DNA of 64,000 bases from positions 1-64,000 of the IMG/VR virus record IMGVR_UViG_3300032116_000102, one strand, 5' to 3'. Below the pieces are notes generated by a model. It saw only the letters and a program-made list of their open reading frames with translations, did no database searches and was not told where the DNA came from. Shown in pieces: positions 55,198 to 62,831 of the stretch. Each line of letters begins with the position of its first letter. The first letter of the stretch is position 1. This stretch comes from a virus. The translations under genes were made by a program, and so were the position numbers.

Positions 55198-55230
55198 TTC
55201 GTATACTGTTTTCAGTCAATAAACAATTAA

Positions 55231-56502
55231 ATGACTGAAAATAAACCCAAGCTCCTATGGGTGGGTGACATTGTTGCCACCACTGGTTTTGCGCGTGTCA
55301 CTGAAAACGTACTGAGCCGCTTGAAGGATCGGTATGAAATTCATGTATTGGGTTGCAACTGGCACGGTGATTACACTCCGCTGCAGCAGGAGTACTTCAT
55401 GTATCCAGCTGCAAACATGTACCAGAACCAACCGTTTGGTGAGGCACGGATTCGTGAAATCACTGAACGAGTGCGGCCTGATGTGATCTTCACGATCAAT
55501 GACTGCTGGATCATCAACAATCAGTGGAATCAAATTAAAGACCTAAAAGAAGATATTGGCTTTAAGTTTGTCGGCTACTACCCCATGGACTCCTATGGCT
55601 GGTATGGGTGTCTGACGGAGACCATGCATGAATGGGACGCAGCTGTTTGCTACACCAAATTCGGTGCAGAAGAAACGTTGAGTTCTGGAGTGGACCGCCC
55701 CATCTGGGTCATTCCCCATGGCGTTACCGCTGGTCAGTTCTATCCCAAGGACAAGGCTGAGTGCCGGAAGGAACTGAACCTGGACCCCGATGATTTCATT
55801 GTGTTCAATGGGAACAGGAATCAATTCCGCAAACGCATCGATTTAACAATTTCCGCGTTTGCCAAATTTGCAGTTGATAAGCCTGACGCAAAGCTCTACC
55901 TGCATATGGGTCAAAAGGACCAGGGATGGGACATCATGCCTCTCTTCCACCGGGAGATGACCCGTCAAGGGTTGGATCCCAATGGCCGCATCATCATGAC
56001 GACGCCCACTCCGCACGGCCCATCGGTGCCAGTGGAACTGCTCAATACCATCTATAACGTTGCTGACGTTGGTATCAATACCTGCAAAGGTGAGGGCTGG
56101 GGTCTGGTCAACTTCGAGCATGCAGCCTGCCGCGTTGCTCAGGTGGTACCCGATCACACCTCCTGTAAAGAAATCTTTGATGGCTGCGGTCCCCTCATTC
56201 GCAACATCCATGCCGATGTGGATACGAACTTCGGTCGGATCATGCCGTGTCCCGACGACAACCATCTGGCCAGCATCCTGACAGATCTTTACGAAAACCG
56301 GGACAAGCTCGATGACGTGGCACAGAAGTGCTACGACCGCGTCACTGATTCTTGCTTCAACTGGGACACCGTCGCATCTGACTTCAACGATGTGTTCCAA
56401 GAGGTGCTAACCCAGAAGGAGGAACCGCAGATCAAGACGAGCAAGCGGAAGAAGCCGCGCAAAGAAGCTGAGAATAAGGAGTTGGCTGAGGTGACTGCAT
56501 GA
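55231..56502 (+). CDS. GT-B (GT4-like) glycosyltransferase
   Basis: TGFARV, IPHGV, NRNQFRKRID, GEGWGLVNFE. Confidence 0.85.
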   Translation: MTENKPKLLWVGDIVATTGFARVTENVLSRLKDRYEIHVLGCNWHGDYTPLQQEYFMYPAANMYQNQPFGEARIREITERVRPDVIFTINDCWIINNQWNQIKDLKEDIGFKFVGYYPMDSYGWYGCLTETMHEWDAAVCYTKFGAEETLSSGVDRPIWVIPHGVTAGQFYPKDKAECRKELNLDPDDFIVFNGNRNQFRKRIDLTISAFAKFAVDKPDAKLYLHMGQKDQGWDIMPLFHREMTRQGLDPNGRIIMTTPTPHGPSVPVELLNTIYNVADVGINTCKGEGWGLVNFEHAACRVAQVVPDHTSCKEIFDGCGPLIRNIHADVDTNFGRIMPCPDDNHLASILTDLYENRDKLDDVAQKCYDRVTDSCFNWDTVASDFNDVFQEVLTQKEEPQIKTSKRKKPRKEAENKELAEVTA

Positions 56503-56840
56503 CCTATGCGGAAGAGCGGCCTTGGGGGACGTTTGAAACGATCTCTTCGGGGCCGACGTACAAAGTCAAACGAATCTCAGTTAAGCCTCAATCGAGACTG
56601 AGTCTTCAGAGGCACGAACATCGCTCGGAACACTGGGTGGTGGTAACAGGTACGGGTGTGATCACCGTGGAGGACGCGGAAATCCTCGCTTCCCCTGGTA
56701 CGACTGCCTTTATCCCCGTTGGTGCCGTCCATCGTCTAGAGGCTGGGGACATAGAACTCGTGCTGATTGAGGTCCAGAGGGGTACCAAGCTGTACGAGGA
56801 GGACATCACCCGCCTTAGTGACGACTACGGCCGCAAATAG
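56499..56840 (+). CDS. Cupin, type II mannose-6-phosphate isomerase C-terminal domain
   Basis: RPWG, LSLQRHEHRSEHWVV, LIEVQ.G..L.E.DI.RL.DDYGR. Confidence 0.88.
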   Translation: MTYAEERPWGTFETISSGPTYKVKRISVKPQSRLSLQRHEHRSEHWVVVTGTGVITVEDAEILASPGTTAFIPVGAVHRLEAGDIELVLIEVQRGTKLYEEDITRLSDDYGRK

Positions 56841-56872
56841 GGGCTAAGGTGCCCCAGGAGACGATCCGGGTA

Positions 56873-56901
56873 GGGAGCTGTTGGACGCGGCTCCCTTTTT
56901 T
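56873..56901 (+). terminator. Intrinsic terminator
   Basis: GGGAGCTG...CGGCTCCC-TTTTTT. Confidence 0.7.
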
Positions 56902-57147
56902 ATGCATTGGACACCCCTTTTTTTACGCATTGAATCTCATGTTGAGACTAGTGTGAGGTGCATGAGAACAGAGAATAGGACCCCGCCTACTCCCCCCCTA
57001 AGGCAAATGACACTATGGCAAACGGTGTAATGTTCAAAAGTTCGGAAAGAAAGCAAAGAGAAATAAAACACGTACACTTTGGTCAAGCGGCGTCATTTAA
57101 CTGTATATAAAGAGTAAATTCCCCCATTCTTAGTTTTCTCTGCACAC

Positions 57148-57176
57148 TTGACCTCCCTTGGCACTCCCATTACTAT
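57148..57176 (+). promoter_or_regulatory. Sigma70-type promoter
   Basis: TTGACC-N17-TACTAT upstream of ATG 57201. Confidence 0.5.
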
Positions 57177-57200
57177 GTTTTTCAACCCCAACGCATCCAA

Positions 57201-57557
57201 ATGTCCCGCAACCACAAGGAAATGCCGCCCCTCTGGCGTGTCCAAGAGTTGCTCCGACTTTCGGATCAGTACCCCAGTGGCTTGGAGTGGCGCATCAAGA
57301 AGGCATGTAACCCCGCTGGGAGCCAGGCAGGCCGCCTCAACAAGGTCAGCGGCTATTACATGGTCTGTATTGATAACGTCGTCTACCTTGCGCACCGGGT
57401 GGTGTACTACTTACGTACTGGCACCGACCCAATCAACATGGACGTACTGCACGAAGAATCCAATAAGTCCAAAGACAACCGAAAGTCCCTGGTCACCACC
57501 AACAAATACTCAAAAAAGAAACAACCTCACCCTGAGACTCAATTGATACAGCTGTAA
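57201..57557 (+). CDS. HNH-family endonuclease (degenerate)
   Basis: GYYMVCIDNVVYLAHRVVYYLRTG...DVLH...DN. Confidence 0.65.
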   Translation: MSRNHKEMPPLWRVQELLRLSDQYPSGLEWRIKKACNPAGSQAGRLNKVSGYYMVCIDNVVYLAHRVVYYLRTGTDPINMDVLHEESNKSKDNRKSLVTTNKYSKKKQPHPETQLIQL

Positions 57558-57562
57558 CTGCT

Positions 57563-58225
57563 ATGGCAAACCTCCATCGGTCCGAACGGAAGCTGTTTGA
57601 ATCCGTTGCTTTCCGCTTCGTACCTGATATTGATAGTCTCAATGATGACGCACTTGAGACGCACGGGTACTACCGAGGTTTCGTGTGTCCTCACAACCAT
57701 GTGATCAGGGATATTGCTGAAAACTGGTGTTATCACTGCGTTCACAAGATCCAATCCAACATCTGTGGCTTTGATATCAACTACCTCCATGTTGAATACA
57801 AGGCCAAATATCAGAAATTGTGGCAAAAAATCACGGTTGGCGGTCCAGATGACTGCTGGCCTATCGATGCACCTGGCCCCTACACACCCAAGCGTGTATG
57901 CATGCCCTCCTATCGCTCTGCCTACAGTCACCAAAAGTCTGAAAACCTAAGCTTCCATAAGGCGATCTACAACTGTGCCTGGGGGGATGTGGGGGGAATG
58001 GTGGTGACACGTCTGTGTGGGAATCCAAGATGTGGCAATCCTCTCCACATGGTCTCCAGTTGGAATAAACTCTTCCCGCCATCGGTCGTCCATCCCTTTG
58101 AGCTTGAGTTTCAAGCAGAAAAACTCATGGCATACGGCCATAACAAAGAACAACCTTTAGTCTTTAACCAGTCCTTTCGTAACACCATTACTTTCCCAGA
58201 GGGTATAGAAATACCAGACGAGTAG
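57563..58225 (+). CDS. His-Me finger/Zn-binding protein
   Basis: DDCW...FHKAIY...VVTRLCGNPRCGNPLHM. Confidence 0.6.
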   Translation: MANLHRSERKLFESVAFRFVPDIDSLNDDALETHGYYRGFVCPHNHVIRDIAENWCYHCVHKIQSNICGFDINYLHVEYKAKYQKLWQKITVGGPDDCWPIDAPGPYTPKRVCMPSYRSAYSHQKSENLSFHKAIYNCAWGDVGGMVVTRLCGNPRCGNPLHMVSSWNKLFPPSVVHPFELEFQAEKLMAYGHNKEQPLVFNQSFRNTITFPEGIEIPDE

Positions 58226-58253
58226 AATACATACAAAGGTTTACAAAATATAA

Positions 58254-58994
58254 ATGGCACGTAATCAGGATGTTCAACGTCAAAGGACGCAGGACAATCC
58301 TTTAAGTATGGGTCAGTTCTCCCAACTTTCCCTGCGCAATTTAAAAGGAAGTCTTGGGCCTAAAAGCCAGGTTGTTGGTCGTAGGGATACAAACCAAAAT
58401 TCCAATGGTGGTTATGGTGGCGGTGCGTACAATCACTGGTTTAGCTTTACGATCACATCAAAGGCTTGGATTATTGTTGCCAAGGGTGGTCCAAGGCCTA
58501 AGTACATCAACACATCAGTGTACGACCTGAACCTAACACCCATTGAAGGCAGGGGAATTTTTCAGGACGATAGTATTACGGTCGATATTAACGGCGAGGT
58601 TTACAACCCGTATGTCGGCCATGTCATGAACGCTCAATCAGATCTGTACAACCTGTTCAATCCCAATCGTTTAGACAAGGGAGATGAACGGTACTATCCT
58701 TTGAACTCTGGGACGTATCTTTTGTGCGTCTCAACGACACGCAATGAACCACTTGATTATGAGGTGGGGGTTGTCATTGAGTTTCCATCCGGTGACTTTG
58801 AGTTGCTACTGGAGGATTTTGCTTATATTCTGCTTGAGAACAATGATTTTATTGAGAACGACCATACAGAATTCTACGAAGGCCAAGATGCCCACGACCA
58901 CTCCTTAAGTGAATGGGAAGAAGCATGGCAACGTGAGCACCAGGCCGATGATCGGTTTCCAGCGTTTCTTGTACCCCTTGCCACTGTACCGTGA
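58254..58994 (+). CDS. Hypothetical (possible virion) protein
   Basis: 246 aa; TAGAAT box upstream. Confidence 0.6.
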   Translation: MARNQDVQRQRTQDNPLSMGQFSQLSLRNLKGSLGPKSQVVGRRDTNQNSNGGYGGGAYNHWFSFTITSKAWIIVAKGGPRPKYINTSVYDLNLTPIEGRGIFQDDSITVDINGEVYNPYVGHVMNAQSDLYNLFNPNRLDKGDERYYPLNSGTYLLCVSTTRNEPLDYEVGVVIEFPSGDFELLLEDFAYILLENNDFIENDHTEFYEGQDAHDHSLSEWEEAWQREHQADDRFPAFLVPLATVP

Positions 58995-59128
58995 TCAAGT
59001 TCTACAACTGGTTTATCTGTAAGTTGTCCAGGCGTTTTCACCTTGGCACGCCAAGTCCAGCAAAAGCATTTGAGACATATTGCGATCGCAACCCTTGGGA
59101 ACGTGCCTGCCGCATTTATGAAGATTAA
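58991..59128 (+). CDS. Mini CP12-like protein (45 aa)
   Basis: ...AFETYCDRNPWERACRIYED*: the C-x8-C-R-x-Y-[DE] CP12 C-terminal motif; GTGA overlap. Confidence 0.65.
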   Translation: MIKFYNWFICKLSRRFHLGTPSPAKAFETYCDRNPWERACRIYED

Positions 59129-59180
59129 ATAAAATCTTTAGTACGCAGTCATAGAATATAAACAGATCCGGAGATCAACC

Positions 59181-59345
59181 ATGCATGATTTTAATCGTTA
59201 TCTAGAAGTAGCACTGGCTATTCATGCCGCATGTTCTGCTATTTGTGCTCTCACCCCAACCCCCAAAGATGATGCTGCAGTTCGTAAGCTGTATCGTCTC
59301 ATTGAAATCTGTGGCCTTGTGATTGGCCGCGCCAAGCAGCGTTAA
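59181..59345 (+). CDS. Small membrane protein, possible holin
   Basis: Hydrophobic helix plus LTPTPKDD motif; near the endolysin. Confidence 0.5.
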   Translation: MHDFNRYLEVALAIHAACSAICALTPTPKDDAAVRKLYRLIEICGLVIGRAKQR

Positions 59346-59503
59346 TCAGGTAACGCCTGAAACCAGAAACAAACACCATTGTTTCGTTCAACCCAATCCC
59401 TTGTTGCGTACGCTTGCTCTTTGGGCAGTGTTACGCATTTTTTTTCAGTGCCAACTTCATAACATACGTTGACGCGTATGTATGGCTCCTTGTATTTCTT
59501 CAT
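59342..59503 (-). CDS. Small hypothetical protein (53 aa)
   Basis: MKKYKEPYIRVNVCYEVG...; abuts the endolysin stop. Confidence 0.5.
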   Translation of the reverse strand: MKKYKEPYIRVNVCYEVGTEKKCVTLPKEQAYATRDWVERNNGVCFWFQALPD

Positions 59504-60526
59504 TTAATAATCCCATCTGACTCGAGGCTTTCCTTCTCTCATTCCCAAATGCAAGAACCCCTTTGGAGCGCCGTATCCAACTGAGTACGGCCAATTTTTA
59601 TCGCACCAGGCTTGCACCTTATAGATATCGACTCCCTCAATGTAAAAATCTATCGCTCCTTTGGAGGGCGCATTGTAAGTGTGCTCGCTATTTTTTGCTC
59701 CTCCAACTTGTGTATTGATGGGTTCTGGACGTGATGCACTTGTAATGATTAACGGTTTATTTCCAAATGCAGTTCTAACTTTCTCAAGAAATCGACAAAG
59801 CTCCAAGGCTGTATCGCATTGATACTGTTTACTGAAACGACGCGCCTCCTGGTTGAGTGTTAATTCTCCGTAAGTAATGTGAGGGGTGATCTTATATGTA
59901 AAAGGGCTCCAAGGATTAAACTTTGGTTTCTCAACTGGTTTAGGTGCTGGTTCAGCTGGTTTGTTTCCGGCAGTACCAAGCTGCCGATCCATGATCTGAA
60001 TTAATTTTGTGCTGTATTCAGGATCGGTGGCGTATTTTTCCTTTACTAAAAACTGCGCACACTCATTCCTTGTCTTTGCTCTATTAACACCTTGATATGT
60101 ACTGAAGTCTTTATACCAACGATCTACAAGGTAGTAAATGCAGGTCTTGAGATCAGGAAAGTCAATGAACCCAGCTTTGATTGTGACCCATTGACCGTTA
60201 AGGAATTCCTGCGTATTGACGCTTGTGCCAGATCCTTTTAAACCAAATGCGTTCCAGGTACCTGAGAAATGCTGACCCCAGCCTGATTCAAGTGCCCATT
60301 GTGCTGCAACAACTTCAGGGAATTTGGCTCCTGCTTCTTTTGCTGCTGCTTGAACACCGGCCCAATTATTTTCAATTTTAGGTTGCGGTTTAAGAGAAGC
60401 TCGGTATTTAGTAGCAAAAGACTCCAAAACCTCAGAAGAAATCTGAGACTGGAGCCAGTTCCAAGCATCAATCTGATGGTTTTCTTTTTTAAAAAATTCA
60501 GCAGCGTCTGTTAGTTTAATTGACAT
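59504..60526 (-). CDS. Endolysin: glucosaminidase (GH73-like) plus peptidase M15A
   Basis: AAQWALESGWG, NAFGLKG, YATDPEY; ITSASR...N..VGGAKNSEH...AIDF...FLHLG. Confidence 0.88.
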   Translation of the reverse strand: MSIKLTDAAEFFKKENHQIDAWNWLQSQISSEVLESFATKYRASLKPQPKIENNWAGVQAAAKEAGAKFPEVVAAQWALESGWGQHFSGTWNAFGLKGSGTSVNTQEFLNGQWVTIKAGFIDFPDLKTCIYYLVDRWYKDFSTYQGVNRAKTRNECAQFLVKEKYATDPEYSTKLIQIMDRQLGTAGNKPAEPAPKPVEKPKFNPWSPFTYKITPHITYGELTLNQEARRFSKQYQCDTALELCRFLEKVRTAFGNKPLIITSASRPEPINTQVGGAKNSEHTYNAPSKGAIDFYIEGVDIYKVQAWCDKNWPYSVGYGAPKGFLHLGMREGKPRVRWDY

Positions 60527-60569
60527 ATCGCCCCAGGGTCTTTTATTGACTCTAGGTCAACTTAATAGA

Positions 60570-60764
60570 TTAAACAGAGGCACTACCTGCGTCTTCTTCT
60601 TGTGCTTGTTTCACTTCTGGGGGCTCTTCTGGATCAAACTCAAGTGTTTCAATAAGCTGACCAATAAGATTGCCAGAAAAAACAATTAAATTTCGATCAC
60701 TAGTAGAAGAAGCGGCACCAAAAGAATTGATGGCGCTAATCAACTCAGACTTTTTGCAAGCCAT
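60570..60764 (-). CDS. Small hypothetical protein
   Basis: MACKKSELISAINSFG... Confidence 0.55.
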   Translation of the reverse strand: MACKKSELISAINSFGAASSTSDRNLIVFSGNLIGQLIETLEFDPEEPPEVKQAQEEDAGSASV

Positions 60765-60798
60765 AGGGAACAAATAACTTCAAAAAGTATAACAAAAA

Positions 60799-61122
60799 TT
60801 ACCAAGGTACGCCAGCTTCGGAAGTAGGGTTGATTTTTTGTTGGATCTGTTGGTACAAAGATTCCTGAATAGAAGTCACTTGATCAACACCTAAAACTTC
60901 AAATACCCAATTCAGTACCTCTTCTTTGGTCAGTTCACTAAAAGGGACAAATGTTGACGGATCAGGATCACCAAATCCCACGGAGCCATAAGCACTAGCA
61001 GACTCACCATCTTCTTCCAAAGATACGGTCCAATGTGCAGTATAGACAGCACCATCGGGACAGGTGTCACCATCGGGAAGATGGCGCTCAAGTTGAGCAA
61101 TATCCCAAGTTGCGTTAGCCAT
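60799..61122 (-). CDS. Tail-fibre-associated small protein
   Basis: W.IAQLER...VYTAHW...FVPFSELTKEEVLNWV...GVPW. Confidence 0.6.
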   Translation of the reverse strand: MANATWDIAQLERHLPDGDTCPDGAVYTAHWTVSLEEDGESASAYGSVGFGDPDPSTFVPFSELTKEEVLNWVFEVLGVDQVTSIQESLYQQIQQKINPTSEAGVPW

Positions 61123-61149
61123 AACAAATGTTTTTTCTTATTCTAACAA

Positions 61150-62004
61150 TCAAAGCTCAGGTATTTCATATTCTTTTGTGCTGTTGCAATAGTGTTTGAA
61201 AATAATTTCACTTGTGTTTCCGGCCCAAGATGCTACCTGAGGCACGGGAATACCAGCCTCAATCCAGCGGCTAATTGCAGTGTGTCGACAGTCATAAGGA
61301 CGATATAAATGCGTAATCAGTTCAGCTTGATAAAAAGGTTGCAACTTTTTGCGAAAGTAACTTTGAAAAGCAAGCCTATCCCATGGAAAAACAAAACGAT
61401 CACTCTGTGGTAATTGCTTTAAAATTTCTTGGCATTTACCGTTTAATGGAACCCAGCGACGTTTGTTGGTTTTGGTGCTGTCTTTTAAACCATGTGTCAA
61501 GGTGTAGTTTTGATGCACCAGGATTTTATTGTCTTTAATGTCGTCCCAGAGTAATGCGCGTACTTCTCCGGTACGCATTGCAGTTTGAAGCATAAACTCT
61601 GTGTACCAAGCCCAGTTAACATTCTTGTAAGTTAATTTTGCTTCCAAAGCTGCAAGTACTAAACCTACTTCGTTGCGTGGAATAACCACGACTTCCTCAT
61701 CCCGTTGAGGAGCTTTTGGCATTTTAAAACTTGCCAAAGGATTTCTGTTGATGTAAGCGACATCTTCTTGTGCTGCCCATTTGTACATTGTTTTTGTGTA
61801 CATGGCAACGCGCCTAGAAGTAAGCACGGGTTTTTCTCCCAAAATCCAAATCATGATTTTGCGTGCCTCTTCAAAATCTTGTATGGGGCAGCGTCCCAGC
61901 CATTTGGTTACCTGTCTGTAATCTGACGTAAGGCTGGTCGGGCACAAAGAAATTGAACGCTCTTCGACGAAGGCGTTCCAAAGTTCAGAGAGCGTGGTTG
62001 GCAT
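61150..62004 (-). CDS. Tyrosine recombinase lacking an N-terminal arm-binding domain
   Basis: AMRTGE (R), TKT (K), PYDCRHT, WAGN, KHY (Tyr); 284 aa from ATG 62004. Confidence 0.92.
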   Translation of the reverse strand: MPTTLSELWNAFVEERSISLCPTSLTSDYRQVTKWLGRCPIQDFEEARKIMIWILGEKPVLTSRRVAMYTKTMYKWAAQEDVAYINRNPLASFKMPKAPQRDEEVVVIPRNEVGLVLAALEAKLTYKNVNWAWYTEFMLQTAMRTGEVRALLWDDIKDNKILVHQNYTLTHGLKDSTKTNKRRWVPLNGKCQEILKQLPQSDRFVFPWDRLAFQSYFRKKLQPFYQAELITHLYRPYDCRHTAISRWIEAGIPVPQVASWAGNTSEIIFKHYCNSTKEYEIPEL

Positions 62005-62017
62005 GATATGAGTTGAG

Positions 62018-62055
62018 AAGAGCGATACACTAAGACACCACTCTCCTTTTGTCAA
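62018..62055 (-). promoter_or_regulatory. Recombinase promoter TTGACA-N17-TAGTGT overlapped by the core-like site TAGT-gtatcgc-TCTT
   Basis: -35 at 62050-62055, -10 at 62027-62032, site at 62018-62032. Confidence 0.6.
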
Positions 62056-62193
62056 CCACGCACACTGGGGTCAAAGGTCGCTAGCTTTCAACAAATTATA
62101 GATGTCCGCAAGTTGATTAGCGACAACTGATGCCCATAGTAGAAAGCAAACAAACCACCAGTGGATAAGGCTGATTTTGTTCATGGTAAAACT

Positions 62194-62358
62194 TTAAGTG
62201 TCAGCAAGACGTTTCATGCCTTCGTCATTATCAACGTAAAGACGATAGAGTGCGGCCAGGGCGTCAGTCTCTTTAGTATCTTTCTTAATTGTTTTCGTCT
62301 CATGCCGCACCTTTTCAATGCAATAATCAAACGGTTCTAACCAGGTGTCGTCATTCAT
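62194..62358 (-). CDS. Small hypothetical protein (54 aa)
   Basis: MNDDTWLEPFDYCIEKVRHE...; starts 2 nt after a core-like site. Confidence 0.5.
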   Translation of the reverse strand: MNDDTWLEPFDYCIEKVRHETKTIKKDTKETDALAALYRLYVDNDEGMKRLADT

Positions 62359-62360
62359 AG

Positions 62361-62375
62361 AAGTGCAAGTGTCTA
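62361..62375. repeat. Putative recombination core site TAGA-cacttgc-ACTT (minus strand)
   Basis: TAG is the stop of 62373-62690. Confidence 0.55.
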
Positions 62376-62690
62376 GGAGTTTTGTTCGACCTTCATCTGG
62401 CCCAGCACTTCCTTCAACAAACGATGCACTTCGCCAGCGTCGTCGATGAACTCGCCTTTGTAGTAGAAACCTTCTTCGGTGAAGCGGGCAATTTCCTTAA
62501 GGGGTTCGCCGATGCTGAAGGCGATGGTAGAGGGATCCGTGTTTTCACCAACCCCAAGACCTTTGCTGGGCGCAACTACAAGCTTGTTTGAGGGGGTCAC
62601 GGATTTCCACGGTCCATTCCCGTCAACACGGGCGTACTCCTCACCGCTTGAACGGAAGACGAGATCGTTGTCGTAATCTTGTTGGGTCAT
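62373..62690 (-). CDS. Small protein made of tail-fibre-like repeats
   Basis: LVFRSSGEEYARVD and IAFSIG...EIARFTEEG. Confidence 0.6.
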   Translation of the reverse strand: MTQQDYDNDLVFRSSGEEYARVDGNGPWKSVTPSNKLVVAPSKGLGVGENTDPSTIAFSIGEPLKEIARFTEEGFYYKGEFIDDAGEVHRLLKEVLGQMKVEQNS

Positions 62691-62783
62691 GGTTTCTAGG
62701 GAATCGTGGCCAGGGGCAGGAGGTGAGAACTCGCTGCCCCACAACTATATGCGAGCTAGGGCCAGAGGAGAAGGGGACTACTC

Positions 62784-62817
62784 ACCGAGCAAGTTACCGA
62801 GCAAGTACCGAGCAAGT
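62784..62817. repeat. Tandem repeat 3x ACCGAGCAAGT
   Basis: accgagcaagt-t-accgagcaagt-accgagcaagt. Confidence 0.85.
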
Positions 62818-62831
62818 AGTGAGTAGGTCTA
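62817..62831. repeat. Putative recombination core site TAGA-cctactc-ACTA (minus strand)
   Basis: TAG is the tail fibre stop. Confidence 0.55.

Noticed and set aside
61150-62055. ORF-track start at 62055 and a simple lysogeny module
   Set aside because: 62050-62055 is the -35 box and ATG 62004 fits better. There is no adjacent repressor or excisionase and no arm-binding domain, though lysogeny cannot be excluded.
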